A stretch of DNA of 64,000 bases from Eledone cirrhosa (GCA_964016885.1 OZ024754.1:22196001-22260000), one strand, 5' to 3'; shown: positions 36,932 through 53,482, numbered from the stretch's first letter. Numbers and translations: made by a program. The notes: generated by a model from the letters alone, not told the origin.

Positions 36932-39107
36932 ATGACACCTAATGTTTTGAGTGGAGCTCAGAAGAGGAAAAAGGTTGCAGAAGAGAAGGAGAAAATTAGC
37001 AAACTTCCAAAATTAACATCTTGGTTTAACATAGGTGCAACATCAGCCACTAGTACTGTTCCTTCAAATATAGCATCCACATCTACATCCATTTCTGTTC
37101 CATCTACATCCAATCATTCAGTTCCAGCAAACATAATTTTTATCGCGATGCTTACTTCGTTGTCACCTTTTAATATCGCTGGATTCGGTTTGGTCTTATC
37201 TTCGACGCGATAAATCTGCACAATAAAATTTAATTTATGTTTGCTTTGTCAATTAAAATTTTTTAATTAAAAAAATTATAGGCACTTGCTTACTCCAGCA
37301 GACATACCAGTGACATCATTACCTGTTCCTACTGCAGGAGACATTCCTCAAGAGGAAATAGCACAACAATAAAGGAGTTTACGATCCAAGACACAGATCC
37401 GGGGCTATGGAACATTAACGATACTAAAACGGTAGTTTACTGGATTCGTAGTGGGCCGTCATCATCTCAGAATCATGATAGAAACCTTTCAAACTAGCGC
37501 AAACTGTATAAAGTGGCTGGAGGAGAGTATATTCAGACAAGGTATTTATCAAACAAGGTGTTCAAACGTGAACTGCGGAATGGAGAGTGTGTAAAACGTA
37601 AATGACTACTCTATTCGCCATCTCAAGGACGTTTGTACTGCTTTGTATGTCGCCTGTTATCCAAGACAGAATCTTCCTTTGCTACATCAGGATTTAATGA
37701 CTGGAAGCACAGTAATGTTATTGTAGAACATGAAAACGGAGAAGAACAGAGCAAGTGCATTACGGCATATTTGATTCGGCATAAAGAAACTTTATAGATT
37801 CTTTATTACTTGAACAACATAGCTCAGAGCAAATGTATTGGCATAAAGTGTTGACTCGTGTGGTTTGTGTAATTCGATTTCTTGCCTCCAGAGGTTTACC
37901 ATTTCGTGGAGAAAATCAAATTATTGGGTCAGCAAAAAATGGAAACTATTTGGGTATTCTAAAGCTGTTGAGTGAATTTGACCCTTTTTGGGAAGAACGT
38001 CTCAAACTGTATGGAAATCCTGGAAAAGGGAAGCCATCGTAAATACGGCAAACATTTGTGGGGAATTTATTGAATTAATGGGACAACATGTTCTTTGTGC
38101 TATTCTTGAAGAAATAAAAGAGTCAAAGTATTATTCAATAAGTGTGGATTCTACTCCAGACATCTCCCACACTGATCAACTGACATTTACTGTCCGATAC
38201 ATTCGAGGAAGCGAGCCTGTGGAATGTTTCATTAAGTTTATCTCCATCTTTTCTCATGGATCAAAGAATCTAGCAGACACTGTTGTGTATTTCCTTAATG
38301 AGAATAAAATTCCTCTATCGAATTTCCGCGGTCAGTCGTACGACAATTCTTCGAATATGTCTGGACGCTATACGGGATTGCAAGCACGGATTCATCAACT
38401 GAATGAGTTCGCCATCTATGTCCCCTGTACTGGACACAGCCTTAACTTGGTGGGAGTAAAAGCGGCAGAGTGTAAAATTCTTTGACTTTGTTCAGCGTCT
38501 GTATTCCTTTTTTTTTTCTGCTTCTACATATCGATGGAATATTCTGGCATCATCAGTGGAAACATTCCATCAAGATGGAAACATTCCTTCCTGTTCTGGA
38601 CTCCCTAATCTCTGTACTGACAAAACGTGCAGAGGCCTATTCACTGATTGGAAATCAGTTTTCCTTCTTCAGTGAATTGAAAACAATTGGTTCTGATGAG
38701 CTAAACAAAAAGTGTGAACATCTGGCTAATGTGTATCACAAAGATCTTGATTATGATGACCTTTTAAATGAATGTGAGCATCTCAAGCACTACATGGTTC
38801 TTGATGAAAATTGTGAGATTCTCCCAGGATTGTATAGAAAAATAATTTCGGACAACTTGAAATTTGTGTTTCCCAATGTTGAAATTGCACTCAGAATGTT
38901 CATGTGCATGATGGTGACCAGCTGTGCAGGAGAACGTTCATTTTAAAGACTGAGACTTATAAAAAATCAGCTTCGCAGCACAATGGGACAGCAGCGTTTG
39001 AACTGGCTTTCACTCACGTGTATGGAAAATGAAATCCTGAAAACCATTGACTTCAAGCCAATTATAAAGCAATTCTCTTCAAAGAAATTTCGAAAATATT
39101 TGTATTG
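36932..39107 (+). pseudogene. Disrupted ZMYM1-like hAT transposase
   Basis: LSGAQKRK start, TTF-type finger (LYCFVC), LASRGLPFRG, YYSISVDSTPDISH, GQSYD..SNMSG, CTGHSLNL, TSCAGERSF. Several stops and frameshifts. Confidence 0.9.
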
Positions 39108-39499
39108 ACCACCTGATTATTAATAAATAGTTCATCGTAATTTGATACTGCGCGATCTCCGTCTGTATGTTTTACGAATTGAATATCATTTGTGCTGAAA
39201 TTTTTGTGTTTTTCAAGGCTCATGTTATATTGTTCAAACGTTTGTGTTAATTAATCTTTGATGTGCCACATGTTTTTAATGTATAAACACTGATTTCTTT
39301 GGAAATACCAATACAATGAATATATCTTTAATTATATTGATCATTTGTATTTTTATTCCTGTGAGTAGTTGTGTAGGTAGGGGCCCTAGTGCTCTGCTTT
39401 GCCCGGGGGGGGGGGGGGGGTATAATGCTGTTAAGACGGCCCTGCTTTCGAAAGTCAACAGTTGACATGATCTTGTATCAGTAATGACGGTAATATATG

Positions 39500-39746
39500 T
39501 ATGTGTGTGTGTAAGTGAGTGGCGTGTGTGTGTTTGTATGCATGAGTGTTGGTGTGAGTGAGTGAATGTGTGTGTGTAAGTGAGTGGCGTGTGTGTGTTT
39601 GTATGCATGAGTGTTGGTGTGAGTGAGTGAATGTGTGTGTGTAAGTGAGTGGCGTGTGTGTGTTTGTATGCATGAGTGTTGGTGTGAGTGAGTGAATGTG
39701 TGTGTGTAAGTGAGTGGCGTGTGTGTGTTTGTATGCATGAGTGTTG
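39500..39746. repeat. 65-bp GT-rich minisatellite (about 4 copies)
   Basis: Repeated GTAAGTGAGTGGCGTGTG...GCATGAGTGTTG unit. Confidence 0.85.
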
Positions 39747-40219
39747 ATAAGTGATGTTTTGTTTTTTTGGCGGGGACATAGAAATAATTGAGCTGGATAC
39801 CAGATCGCTCAGTTAAACCACTGGGAATGAAGGACCCCTAGCCCTTGTCAGAGCATTCTTCAAGGACAAAGGTTCTCAACGGGGGGCATATTCCCCCGGG
39901 GGGGGGGGCGTTTCGGAGCTTCAAGGACGGGGGCATTTTGGAGTAAGGGGGGCGTTTGAAGCTTGGGGAGCACCGGAGGCTATTTACGTAGGTAAGTTTT
40001 ATAAGCCATATTTGTAGTCTCTGAGACAGCCAGTGTGAATGCATTTGAATGAAGAAAATGAAGAAAATAAATAAAAGAAGCTTGTCAATGAATTCCCTAG
40101 GGAGATAAAAGAAAAACGAAAGAAATCAAAGAAAATGAAAATAAGGACAACGTCAACAGTTACAAGAACAACAGAAACGACAACAAAAAGAAGAAATGGT
40201 GGTGAAAGGTGTTGGTGTA

Positions 40220-42255
40220 TACACATACATACATACATGGTGGCTGCCAACTCGTTTTCGAGTACGGCCACTACTTTATATCCATGTAGGAGAACCCCTA
40301 CCGATGCGCTGAACGAATGTGACTTTTTAGTCCAGCCAGCGACTTGAAAACTCTGGTACAAAGACTACACTTGTGACCATTATTGACACATAGTGCAGGG
40401 CCCATGGTACCATGTGATGACAAGTGCAGAGAGATCTCCAGATATAAAGCAATGCCTGTGCTGTGAAGCTTTTATAGTGAGCAAAGGCACTGCACAAAGC
40501 CAGTCCCACTCTCTTAACCATACATACATACATACATACATACATACATACATACATACATACATACATACATACATACATACATACATACATACATACA
40601 TGGTGGCTGCCAACTCATTTTCGAGTACGGTCACTACTTTATATCCATGTAGGAGAACCCTTACCGATGCGCTGAACGAGTGTGACTTTTTAGTCCAGCC
40701 AGCGACTTGAAACCTCTGGTACAAACACTACACTTGTGACAATTATTGACACATAGTGCTGGGCCCATGGTACCCTGTGACGACAAGTGCAGAGAGATCT
40801 CCAGATATAAAGCAATGCCTGTGCCGTGAAGCTTTTATAGTGAGCAAAGGCACTGCACAAAGCCAGTCCCACTCTCTTAACCAAGACGATATTTACCAAA
40901 AAGAAGAACAAGTCAACATCATTGGATACCATCAGGGTTGCAGGTGTTATATCAGAGTTTTCTTTCTCCTAGAATTCTGCCTTGACAAAGGCTAAGGGGT
41001 CATCTCTCCCGGTGATTTTGGATGGCCATTGACTCTTAAGAGCTCCTTTGCCCTTTGACAGGTTTTGTTTTTAGTCCTGCAGGATGTCCAAAGTCACCCT
41101 CCTCACCAAGAAACCTTGGTGGGGTTGCCAGTTTAGTCGCCAACGACCCGACCATGAGACAGGTTCTACTGGGATACATGTTACCAGTAGCACCAACTGG
41201 TGACCTGACATACATACATACATACATGGTGGCTGCCGACTCGTTTTCGAGTACAGCTACTACCTTATATCCATGTAGGAGAACCCCTACCGATGCGCTG
41301 AACGAGTGTCACTTTTTAGTCCAGCCAGCGACTTGAAAACTCTGGTACAAACACTACACTTGTGACAATTATTGACACATAGTGCTGGGCCCATGGTACC
41401 CTGTGACGACAAGTGCAGAGAGATCTTCAGATATATAGCAATGCCTGTGCCGTGAAGCTTTTATAGTGAGCAAAGGCACTGCACAAAGCCAGTCCCACTC
41501 TCTTAACCAAGATGATATTTACCAAAAAGAAGAACAAGTCAACATCATTGGATACCATCAGAGCTGCAGGTATTATATCAGAGTTTTCCTCTCCTAGAAT
41601 TCTGCCTTGACAAAGGCTAAGGGGTCATCTCTCCCGGTGATTTTGGATGGCCATTGACTCTTAAGAGCTCCTTTGCCCTTTGACAGGTTTTGTTTTTAGT
41701 CCTGCAGGATGTCCAAAGTCACCCTCCTCACCAAGAAACCTTGGTGGGGTTGCCAGTTTAGTCGCCAACGACCCGACCATGAGACAGGTTCTACTGGGAT
41801 ACATGTTACCAGTAGCACCAACTGGTGACCTGACATACATACATACATACATGGTGGCTGCCGACTCGTTTTCGAGTACAGCTACTACCTTATATCCATG
41901 TAGGAGAACCCCTACCGATGCGCTGAACGAGTGTCACTTTTTAGTCCAGCCAGCGACTTGAAAACTCTGGTACAAACACTACACTTGTGACAATTATTGA
42001 CACATAGTGCTGGGCCCATGGTACCATGTAACGACAAGTGCAGAGAGATCTTCAGATATATAGCAATGCCTGTGCCGTGAAGCTTTTATAGTGAGCAAAG
42101 GCACTGCACAAAGCCAGTCCCACTCTCTTAACCAAGATGATATTTACCAAAAAGAAGAACAAGTCAACATCATTGGATACCATCAGAGCTGCAGGTATTA
42201 TATCAGAGTTTTCCTCTCCTAGAATTCTGCCTTGACAAAGGCTAAGGGGTCATAC
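40220..42255 (-). repeat. Head-to-tail array of a 625-bp RTE-derived non-autonomous retroelement
   Basis: Two full units 625 bp apart plus two partial units, each ending in (TATG)n. The 5' part is similar to the RTE 5'UTR at 46192-46375. Confidence 0.8.
41128..41184 (-). ncRNA. Candidate HDV-like ribozyme (second copy at 41753-41809)
   Basis: Manual fold: P1 (T)AACATG/CATGGTC (imperfect), P2 CCAGT/ACTGG, P3 AGA/TCT, L3 ACCTG, P1.1 CC/GG, P4 TCG-TTGG-CGA, J4/2 CTAA. Confidence 0.4.
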
Positions 42256-42501
42256 ATACATACATACACACACATATATACACACACAGGCTGGCGTTGG
42301 TGTTTGATGAGGTTGAGAATCTGGTCAGCTCTCAGCCAGAGCTGTGGTATTTCACCTCCCTAGGTAGTAACATCTTGAGTCAAAATTCTTTCCTTACCAA
42401 AAAACATCACTCATGTCAACATCCTTACACACTTAAATATAAATGCATGTATATATACAATGTATAAATGCATAGCTATATACATAGGTAAATGTATGTA
42501 G

Positions 42502-42572
<71 letters not shown>

Positions 42573-42589
42573 AAAGAATAGGGGTGTAA

Positions 42590-44607
<2,018 letters not shown>

Positions 44608-44995
44608 CGACGGTTTCTTCGTCTCGCACGCACCTCGGACAGATCTTTTTTGCAGGGTCCCTGCCCGGGCGCCCATGTCTGTAGAGCTTGTCTCGAACTG
44701 GTAGAGCTCCTCGGTAGCACTGCCAGGCCAGGGACTTTTGGAAGTTGTCCATCGGTCTCGGGCGGAAGGTCCTACCGAACAGACTGGCCAGTTCATCTTC
44801 CTGTACGCCTAGAGTTTCACCGAGCGCGTCGTCGCACTTTCTGCGGATCAACCCTCTATAGAATGACGAATTGGAGTCTCCACTGATCGCCGGGTCCGCC
44901 TGCCAGAGGACTGTGAGCGCCTGAGCACATTCGATGTGCCAGTCGCCCATTTTCCTCGGTCTTTGCTTGACCCAGGACTGCAGCTCGGTCAGCGA
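44608..44995 (-). mobile_element. Tx1/L1 fragment, second copy
   Basis: Near-identical to about 14552-14939. Confidence 0.85.
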
Positions 44996-45046
44996 GATAG
45001 ATAGATAGATAGATAGACGTGTACCATACCCACACACATTTCTTAC

Positions 45047-45174
<128 letters not shown>

Positions 45175-45644
45175 GTTGTTATTTGACGTTGTTGAAAAGA
45201 GCAGTGGCCTTTGACCCGGCAATAAAAACTGGACACAAAATTATTTCTGTACCAAAAACAACGCGCACACACACACACAAGTGTGTGTGTGTGTGTATGT
45301 GTTAGTGCGCGCGCGTATGTGTGTGTATCTATCTATGTGTATATATAAGGGATACAGATATTTTTTGCTCACTGTCACCAAACATCTCAATTCATTCGTT
45401 GCAACTAAGTTTGTGATCGAGGCACTTTATTTTGCAAGGTACTATTTTTCCCTTGAGTTTGAGGTTCAAGAGAAAGGTAAGAAATTCTTCATATTTTGCA
45501 TCTTTTGTATTTTGACTTTACAGTTTGAATTGTAGAATTGTCTATCCACTCAAAATATTACAACAGCTAACAGTGAAATATAGAATTTAAAAAAAAAGAA
45601 TCTTTTTCGACTGAGATCAAATCTTTGAGAACATTCACGTCTCA

Positions 45645-45845
45645 TCATCATCATCATCTTCGGTTAACGTCCATCTTCCACGCTAACCTGGGTTAGACGG
45701 GAGTTGTCCCACTTGAGGCAAGGTTGGTCGGGTGACCGTGTCTCGCTCATATAGAACTATCTGGCAGGTTTTCTACCGCTGGATGCCCTTCCTAGCACCA
45801 ACCACATTTACGGTGTGGAATTGGGAACTTTTTACCGTGTTAACT
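45645..45845 (-). mobile_element. RTE 3' terminal fragment
   Basis: (CAT)n followed by the reverse complement of the family 3'UTR. Confidence 0.75.
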
Positions 45846-46191
45846 ATAAATATGGAGGGTAGTACTAAGTACTAGCCGGTTACCGGTATGACAAAAGGCT
45901 CAATACTAATTTTTCAAGTGTTTTACAGAGCCGAGATACAAAGTGTTAAAACGATCAAATTTTTCAAAAATATATAATTTGAAATAGCTTGCTTTTCTTT
46001 TGGACTGAAACTTTTTTGTATTTAATTTGTGCAAGTATTTTTTAAAGATCCTAATATAACTTGATTCGGCCCAGTAATCTACTGATATTAAAATCAGTAG
46101 TATATTGAAAAATGGAAAAATAGGGTAGGGGCGTTTTGTGATTTTGAGAGGCAAAAAGGGGCGTTTGGCCGAAATGGGTTGAGAACCTTTG

Positions 46192-49100
46192 TTCTAGGAG
46201 AAGGCATCTCAACTGGGTTAACTCCGACATAAAACCTGCGGCTCAGTAGTTACCGATGATGTTGATCTTTTCTCCTTTTTGGGTTATAGCTACTGTCGCT
46301 CAGAGAGTGGGATTGGTTCAGTGCACAGTCTTTCCTCACTTTAAAAATATTATTCACGCACAGGCATTGCACGATTGCATTAATTAATAATTATTAATAA
46401 TGTTTTTATTATTGTATTATTGTTATGCTGTAAATGGAGGGGTAGAGAGGGCCCGTGAGTTCACATAGACATTTACATATCAGCTTACGCACCCCAATCG
46501 GGGCTGCCAGACGAACTTAAGGATAGGTTTTACGAGTCCCTAATACACACTACTGCTCTAACAGACGACAAGGACTTCCTAATCATCGCAGGAGATTTTA
46601 ACGGACACGTAGGTAAGCACTGCGACGGCTTCAATAGAGTACATGGAGGCCATGGGGTTGGCACAAGGAATGAGGAAGGATTCAGACTTCTAGAATTCTG
46701 CGACGCCAATGACATGTCGATATGTAACACAAACTTTAAAAAACCCGACAACCACCTGATCACCTATAGATCAGGGGAGCACTCTAGTCAGTTAGATTTT
46801 ATCCTCACCAGAGGACGTGACAGATGGACGGTCGTAAACACAAAAGCCTTCCCTAGTGAGGAATGTACATCCCAACATAGCTTAGTTGTCAGCGACCTCA
46901 CGGTCAGAACTAGACGAACCCGGAAACAGAGGCCAACCTGGAGAAGAAAGATCTGGAAGCTGAAAGTCCCCTCAACCAGTAACAGATTTAAAGATATTTT
47001 ACTCAACGCCTACGACAGTAAAGAAGAACAGATACAGACATTTAATGTAGAAGAGAACTGGGAGTTCCTAAAAAATAATTTACTAGAGGCGACGGATGAG
47101 ATCTGTGGCTGGAGTAAGACCTCAAGCAGGAGGAGAGTGACTTGGTGGTGGAACAATAAGGTAGATGAAGCAGTCAAGGCCAAGAGACAGGCATGGAAAG
47201 AATGGAAGAACGGGGGGAGAAGGGTACATTACATAGAGACCAAGAGGGAAGCTAGGCGACAAGTATACTTAGCTAGGAGGGAAGCAGAGGATAGAAAATT
47301 CAAGCATGTTTTACAACGTGAGGACCAGAAACAGGAGGTATTCAAGATTGCGAGGCAGTGTGTCAGAGATAGTTGTGATGTCATTGGAGAGAAGTGTATC
47401 CGGAATGATAAAGGTGAGCTTGCCCTCACAAGTGCTGAGAAGAAAGATGCATGGAAGAGTCATTATGATAGATTACTAAATGAGGAGAATGCATGGGAAG
47501 AAGAGACCCTACCCCAAGTAGACCCTATAGAGGGACCAGCAGTACAAGTCAGCGGCAGCGTAGTAAGTAAGGCAATCAAAGATATGAAGATGGGGAAGGC
47601 AACCGGTCCATCGGGTATAGCTGCCGAGATTTTGAAGGCATCTGGGTCTGTAGGTCACACTATAACCACACGTATCGTTAACCAGGTAATACTAGAAGGG
47701 GCCATACCAAAAGATTGGTGCAGTAGCATCATTGTCAACTGCTACAAAGGTAAAGGCAATGCACTAGATAGAGGAAACTATAGAGGTATAAAGTTGATTG
47801 ACCAGGTCATGAAAGTAACAGAAAGAGTTATAGCACAGCTGATTAGGGACCGGGTGAAAATAGACGAGATGCAATTTAGGTTTGTACCAGGAAGAGGCAC
47901 CACTGATGCCCTCTTCCTTGTCAGGCAATTACAGGAAAAGTACCTAGCTAAGAGTAAGCCACTCTATTTGGCATTTGTCGACCTTGAGAAAGCCTTTGAC
48001 AGAGTTCCACGTGCTGTAATCTGGTGGGCTCTTAGAAAACTAGGAGTAGATGAATGGCTTGTGAAAGCGGTACAAGCCATGTATAGGGGAGCAGTCAGCA
48101 AAGTTAGGATTAGCAATGAGTATAGCGAGGAATTTAGCGTACAGGTTGGAGTCCACCAGGGCTCTGTTCTTAGACCTCTCCTGTTCATCATAGTCCTGCA
48201 GGCAATAACGGAGGAGTTTAAGACCGGATGCCCATGGGAACTCCTGTATGCTGATGACCTCGCACTCATAGCTGAATCTATGATAGAACTAGAGAATAAA
48301 TTCCAAACCTGGAAGCAGGGATTAGAAAGAAAGGGTCTCAAAGTCAACATGACAAAGACTAAGGTCCTTGTAAGTAGACGAGAAAACAGAACCCAGATCC
48401 CCTCAGGGAAATGGCCTTGCTCAGTATGTAGGAAAGGTGTAGGTAGGAACTCCATTCTCTGCCCCAAATGCAAACAATGGGTACACAAGAGATGTAGCGG
48501 GATCTCAGGAAGCTTAATTAAGAATGTAGGATTCACATGCAGCAGCTGTGCTGAGACAGCAAACAGCAAACAGCCACAGGAAACAAGTACCACCAATCTC
48601 TGGGAGGGCCCTGTAGAAACAGTAGACAGCTTCTGCTACCTAGGTGACCGAATTAGCAACGGAGGTGGGTGTTCAGAAAGTGCAATAACTAGGGTAAGAA
48701 GGGGATGGAAGAAGTTTAGGGAACTACTACCACTGCTAGCTGCAAAAGGCTTCTCCCTCAGAATGAAAGGCAGACTGTATGATGCATGTATCCGAACAGC
48801 GATGTTGCATGGTAGCGAGACCTGGGCGCTGAAGGTGGAAGACTTACGTAGATTAGAGAGAAACGAAGCCTGCATGCTCCGATGGATATGTGTAACAATA
48901 ATATACGTGAACGACAAAGCATAAATGAATTGAGAGAGAGACTGAGCATAAGAGGAATCAAATGCTGTGTGCAGGAGAGGCGGTTGCGCTGGTATGGACA
49001 TGTGATGCGTATGAAGGATGACAGCTGCATAAAAAGGTGCAGAGCACTAGAAGTTGATGGAAACCGCAGAGTGGGGAGACCCAAGATGACCTGGGATGAG

Positions 49101-49519
49101 GTGATAAAAGCCGACCTTACCCAATTACACCTCTCAAAGACAATGACACACGACCGTGACTTCTGGCGTCACGCAGTAATACAGAGTACCCGACCTCCCA
49201 TGGGTACATGCTGAAGCATATAGACAATATGCCCCCACACCCCCCACCGCAAGGTGGTGGTGGAAGTGCCACGGCAAAAAAGCACCCAGCCCACACTGTA
49301 AAGTGGACGTGTAGGCGCCACGTAAAAGCACCCAGCACTCACTGTAAATGAGGTTGGTGTTAGGAAGGGCATCCAGCTGTAGAAATCAAGCCAAATCAGT
49401 TCCTGTATGAGCAAGGCATGGTCAGCCGACCAGACACTGCCCACAACAGGACAACCCGTCTAACCCATGCTAGCGTGGAAGAACGGACGTAAAACGGTGA
49501 TGATGATGATGATGATGAT
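46192..49519 (+). mobile_element. Near-complete RTE-clade LINE (family 1)
   Basis: 5'UTR remnant, APE endonuclease (SAYAPQ, AGDFNGHVG, SQLDFIL), RT (LLYADD), C4HC3 finger, 3'UTR and (TGA)n tail. Confidence 0.92.
46465..49214 (+). pseudogene. RTE ORF (APE endonuclease-reverse transcriptase), N-terminally truncated, one frameshift near 48890
   Basis: The 736-aa ORF 46714-48924 is open upstream to about 46465 and continues in ORF 48882-49214. Confidence 0.9.
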
Positions 49520-49744
49520 CCTCTCTAGTGCTGGTGGCAAGAATAAAAGCACCCACCTGTAAAGTGGCAGTGGTGTTAGGAAGGGCATCCAACCAGTGTA
49601 TTAAAGCCAAAACAATTATGACCGTCCCACCCTTGTAAGCAGGGAAAAGTGGACGTAAAGTGATGATGATGATGATGATGATGATGATGGCTGAATACAA
49701 TAAATGTAATCTGAGTTATATAATTATATATATATATATATAAA

Positions 49745-50395
49745 TCATCATCATCATCATCATCATCATTTTACGTCCGCTTTTCCCTGCTTGCAAGGGT
49801 GCGACGGGTCTTATTCAACACAGCATCTCTCCACTTGTCATGGTCCTTCGTCATCTCCACCGTGTGCTTCAGTAATCTGAGGTCTGTTCTCACCACCTCT
49901 GCCCATATTTTTCGTGGTCTACCTCTACCACGTCTTCCTTCAACTGGCATTTCCTGGCACTTCTTCACACATCGGTCATCCTCCAAGCGCATCACATATC
50001 CATACCACCTCAGTCTCCTCTCTCGTACACTACATTCTATCCCTCTCAGACACAGTTTCCCTCTCAACACATCCATGCTGGGTCATTCATGCATATTGAC
50101 ATTGCACATCCAACGGAGCATGCTTGCCTCATTTCTCTCCAGCCGTCGCATATCCTCTGCAGTTGCTGCCCATGTCTCACTACCATGCAGCATCGCGCTC
50201 CTCACACAGGCATCATATAACCGGCCTTTCATACGCAGGGAGAAACCCTTCTTCGTCAGCAGAGGAAGCAGCTCCCTAACCTTCTTCCAGCCCATCCTTA
50301 TTCTAGATACTATGGCCTCGGAACACCCCCCTCCCATGCTAATCTGATCTCCTAGCTACCGGAAGCTATCCACCACTTCTATAGCACCTGCCTGA
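49745..50395 (-). mobile_element. RTE 3' fragment (subfamily)
   Basis: KGRLYDACVRSAMLHGSETW, GRGRPRK and a (TGA)n tail. An oppositely oriented copy lies at 50830-51065. Confidence 0.85.
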
Positions 50396-50504
50396 ATTTG
50401 AAAAAAAAAATATATATATAAAAATATATATACATATATATACAAATATAAATTAGCGAGAGAATCGCATTTCGGCTAGGCTATTGGAAATTATATAATA
50501 TATA

Positions 50505-50572
<68 letters not shown>

Positions 50573-50663
50573 TTATATATATATATATATTATATATATA
50601 TAATATATATAATATATATATATTATATATATAGTATATATATATATATATTATATATATATA

Positions 50664-50730
<67 letters not shown>

Positions 50731-51065
50731 TATATAGTATATATATATAAATATATAGTATATATATTATATATATATATATATATATACAGTATATATA
50801 TATATTATATATATAGTATATATATATATGTGTGTGATGCACATGGAGTATGACTGCTGGGTAAAGAAATGCCAATAGAATGAAGACGCCGCAGTAGAGG
50901 AAGACCACGAAAAACATGGGCGGAGGTGGTGAGAACAGACCTCAGATGGTTGAAGCTCATGGTGGAGATGACAAAGGACCATGACAAGTGGAGAGATGCT
51001 GTGCTGAATAGGACCCATCCCACCCTTGCAGGCAGGGAAAAGCAGACGTAAAATGATGATGATGA

Positions 51066-52157
51066 GATCATCATCATCATCATCATCATCGTTTAACGTC
51101 CATGTTCCACGCTTGCATGGGTTTGGACAGGGGTTTTCCCACTTGAAGCAAGAGTGATTGTCTTGCTCGCATAGGACTGTCTGGCGGGTTTTCTACAGTT
51201 GGATGCCCTTCCTAACACCAACCACATTTACAGTGTGGGTCTGGGAGGTTTTTACCGTATTGCCTACACGGCCACATTACAGCGTGGACTGTGTGTTTTT
51301 TTGTCGTGACCTCTACACGATCTCATTTGTTTCGGCCTGGATGTTGTGGGACCAACATGACTTTACATTGGGGTGGTGGGACGGGGGTGTATTTTGTTAG
51401 AGATGCCTACTGACTGTAGTAGGTTTTACTTTGTATTTAGGTAAGGCGGGTCTTCTCTATTACTGAGTACTGCCAAAGGTCTCGGTCCAATGACATTGTC
51501 TTGGAGAGGTGTGTGTGAGGTCGGAATTTATCAGCTCGTCCCAGGTTTTTCTGGGTCTGCCTACTCCGTAGCTACCGTCTATCTTTATTGCCCTGCACTT
51601 TGTTATACAGCTGTCGTCTTTCATGCGCATCACGTGACCATACCAACGTAGCCTTCTCTCGAGTAAACAACATCTGATCCCTCTTATTTCTAATTTTTTC
51701 CTTAGTTCGCTTATGCTTTGCCGTTCACGTATGTTACTATTACACATCCAGCGGAGCATGCAAGCTTCGTTCTTCTCTAGTCTGCGTATATCCTCTGCAC
51801 ACAATGCCCAGGTCTCACTGCCATGCAACATTGCTGTTCGTATGCAGGCATCGTACAACCTGCCTTTCATTTTTAGGGAGAACCCTTTAGTGGCTAATAG
51901 TGGTATAAGCTCTCTGAACTTTTTCCATCCAGTTCTGACTCTAGCTACTGTACTTTCAGAGCACCCTCCCCCACTGCTGATTTTGTCACCCAGATAACGG
52001 AAGCTATCCACTATTTCTATAGAACCCTCTGCGCAATTGAAAGAGCTAGTATTCTTTGGGCACTTGCTGCTACTTATTGCACCAGAGCACCGGCCACATG
52101 TAAAATCTATGTTCTTAGTTAGCTTACCTGTGATCCCACTACATCTTTTATGCACCC
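51066..52157 (-). mobile_element. RTE 3' fragment
   Basis: ORF 51460-52155 (HKRC, FRYLGD, GVGRPRKTW) plus 3'UTR. Confidence 0.85.
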
Positions 52158-52169
52158 ATATATATATAT

Positions 52170-52203
<34 letters not shown>

Positions 52204-52247
52204 ATATATTATATATATATAGTATATAGATAAAGTATTATTATTAC

Positions 52248-52288
<41 letters not shown>

Positions 52289-52647
52289 TATGTATATATT
52301 TTATGTATATATATTATGTATATATTTTCTGTATATATATTATGTATATATATTATGTATATATAGTATGTATATATATTATATCTATATATCATATATA
52401 TACATTATGTATATATATTATGTACATATATTATGTATATATATTATATATATATATAATGTATATATATATTATATATATTATATGTTCACATGCTAAC
52501 ATAAGAGCAAGAATGAAGTGTTTATTCTCCTGACATGGCTATAAAATTGAGGCAAAATTGCAAATGAATCGAATGTTATTATTAATATTCGAAAAACTCA
52601 GATTACATTTATTGTATTCAGCCATGTAGAGCGAAATTTTCTATATA

Positions 52648-53482
52648 TAGCCCTCTTAGATAAACACTTTCCCATAAGTCACAAATACCGCTCTATCTTT
52701 AAGAGACACAGAGTAAAACTAGGGTACACCTGCACTAAGAATATGAAGGCCCACATCACCAACAGTCCTAAGAGCAGCACCCCACCAGGATGCTCTTGCC
52801 GAAAGCCTGAAGCTTGTCCCCTTCAACAGCAATGCAACACACCCGCTGTAGTTTATGAAGCCGTGGTTACTTCCAACCGACCAAATCAACCACAGGAGGT
52901 CAAATCCTATGTGGGTGTGGCACAGCGCCGATTTAAGGAATGCTTCCTGAACCATCAGTCGACCTTTAGGTACCCGGAGAAATGATCATCTATGAAACTC
53001 GCGAGCCACGTATCGTCCCTCAAGGTCTCATGTATAGAGTACTCCATTCAATGGAAAGTCATTACTAAGTCCAAGCCATACGCTAGGGCCAATCCATCTT
53101 GTGGACTGTGTATTGAAGAAAGGATAAATATTCTAAGGAAATTATACAATAGCGATTGCTTAAATTTAAGAAGTGAAATCTTCACACGTTGTCCACATCT
53201 CTGGAAACACCTTTTGCATAACTACAAAGCTCCGGATTGAATAACAACAACATTTTAATTTTTTTATCAACTCGAACATCTTTTCCTACTTTTGCAGTTA
53301 TTTCCCTTACACCTTTTGCCTGTGGCTTTAATGGCTTGGGTGAAGTGACCATTTCTGCGCATGCGCATTCATACAGTTGTTCTTCCTGTTCTGTATAACC
53401 ATGACTAGTATGAGCTGAAGATCCGCTAAGGTGAAATAATTGTTTTCGGTATGGTGAACTAACTGTTGTGTTACCACTTCTA
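52648..53482 (+). mobile_element. PLE GIY-YIG fragment plus 3'UTR with HHR (about 53408-53453)
   Basis: Paralog of 23290-24125. CTGAAGA-TCCGCTAAGGT-GAAA-TAATTG-TT. Confidence 0.8.
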
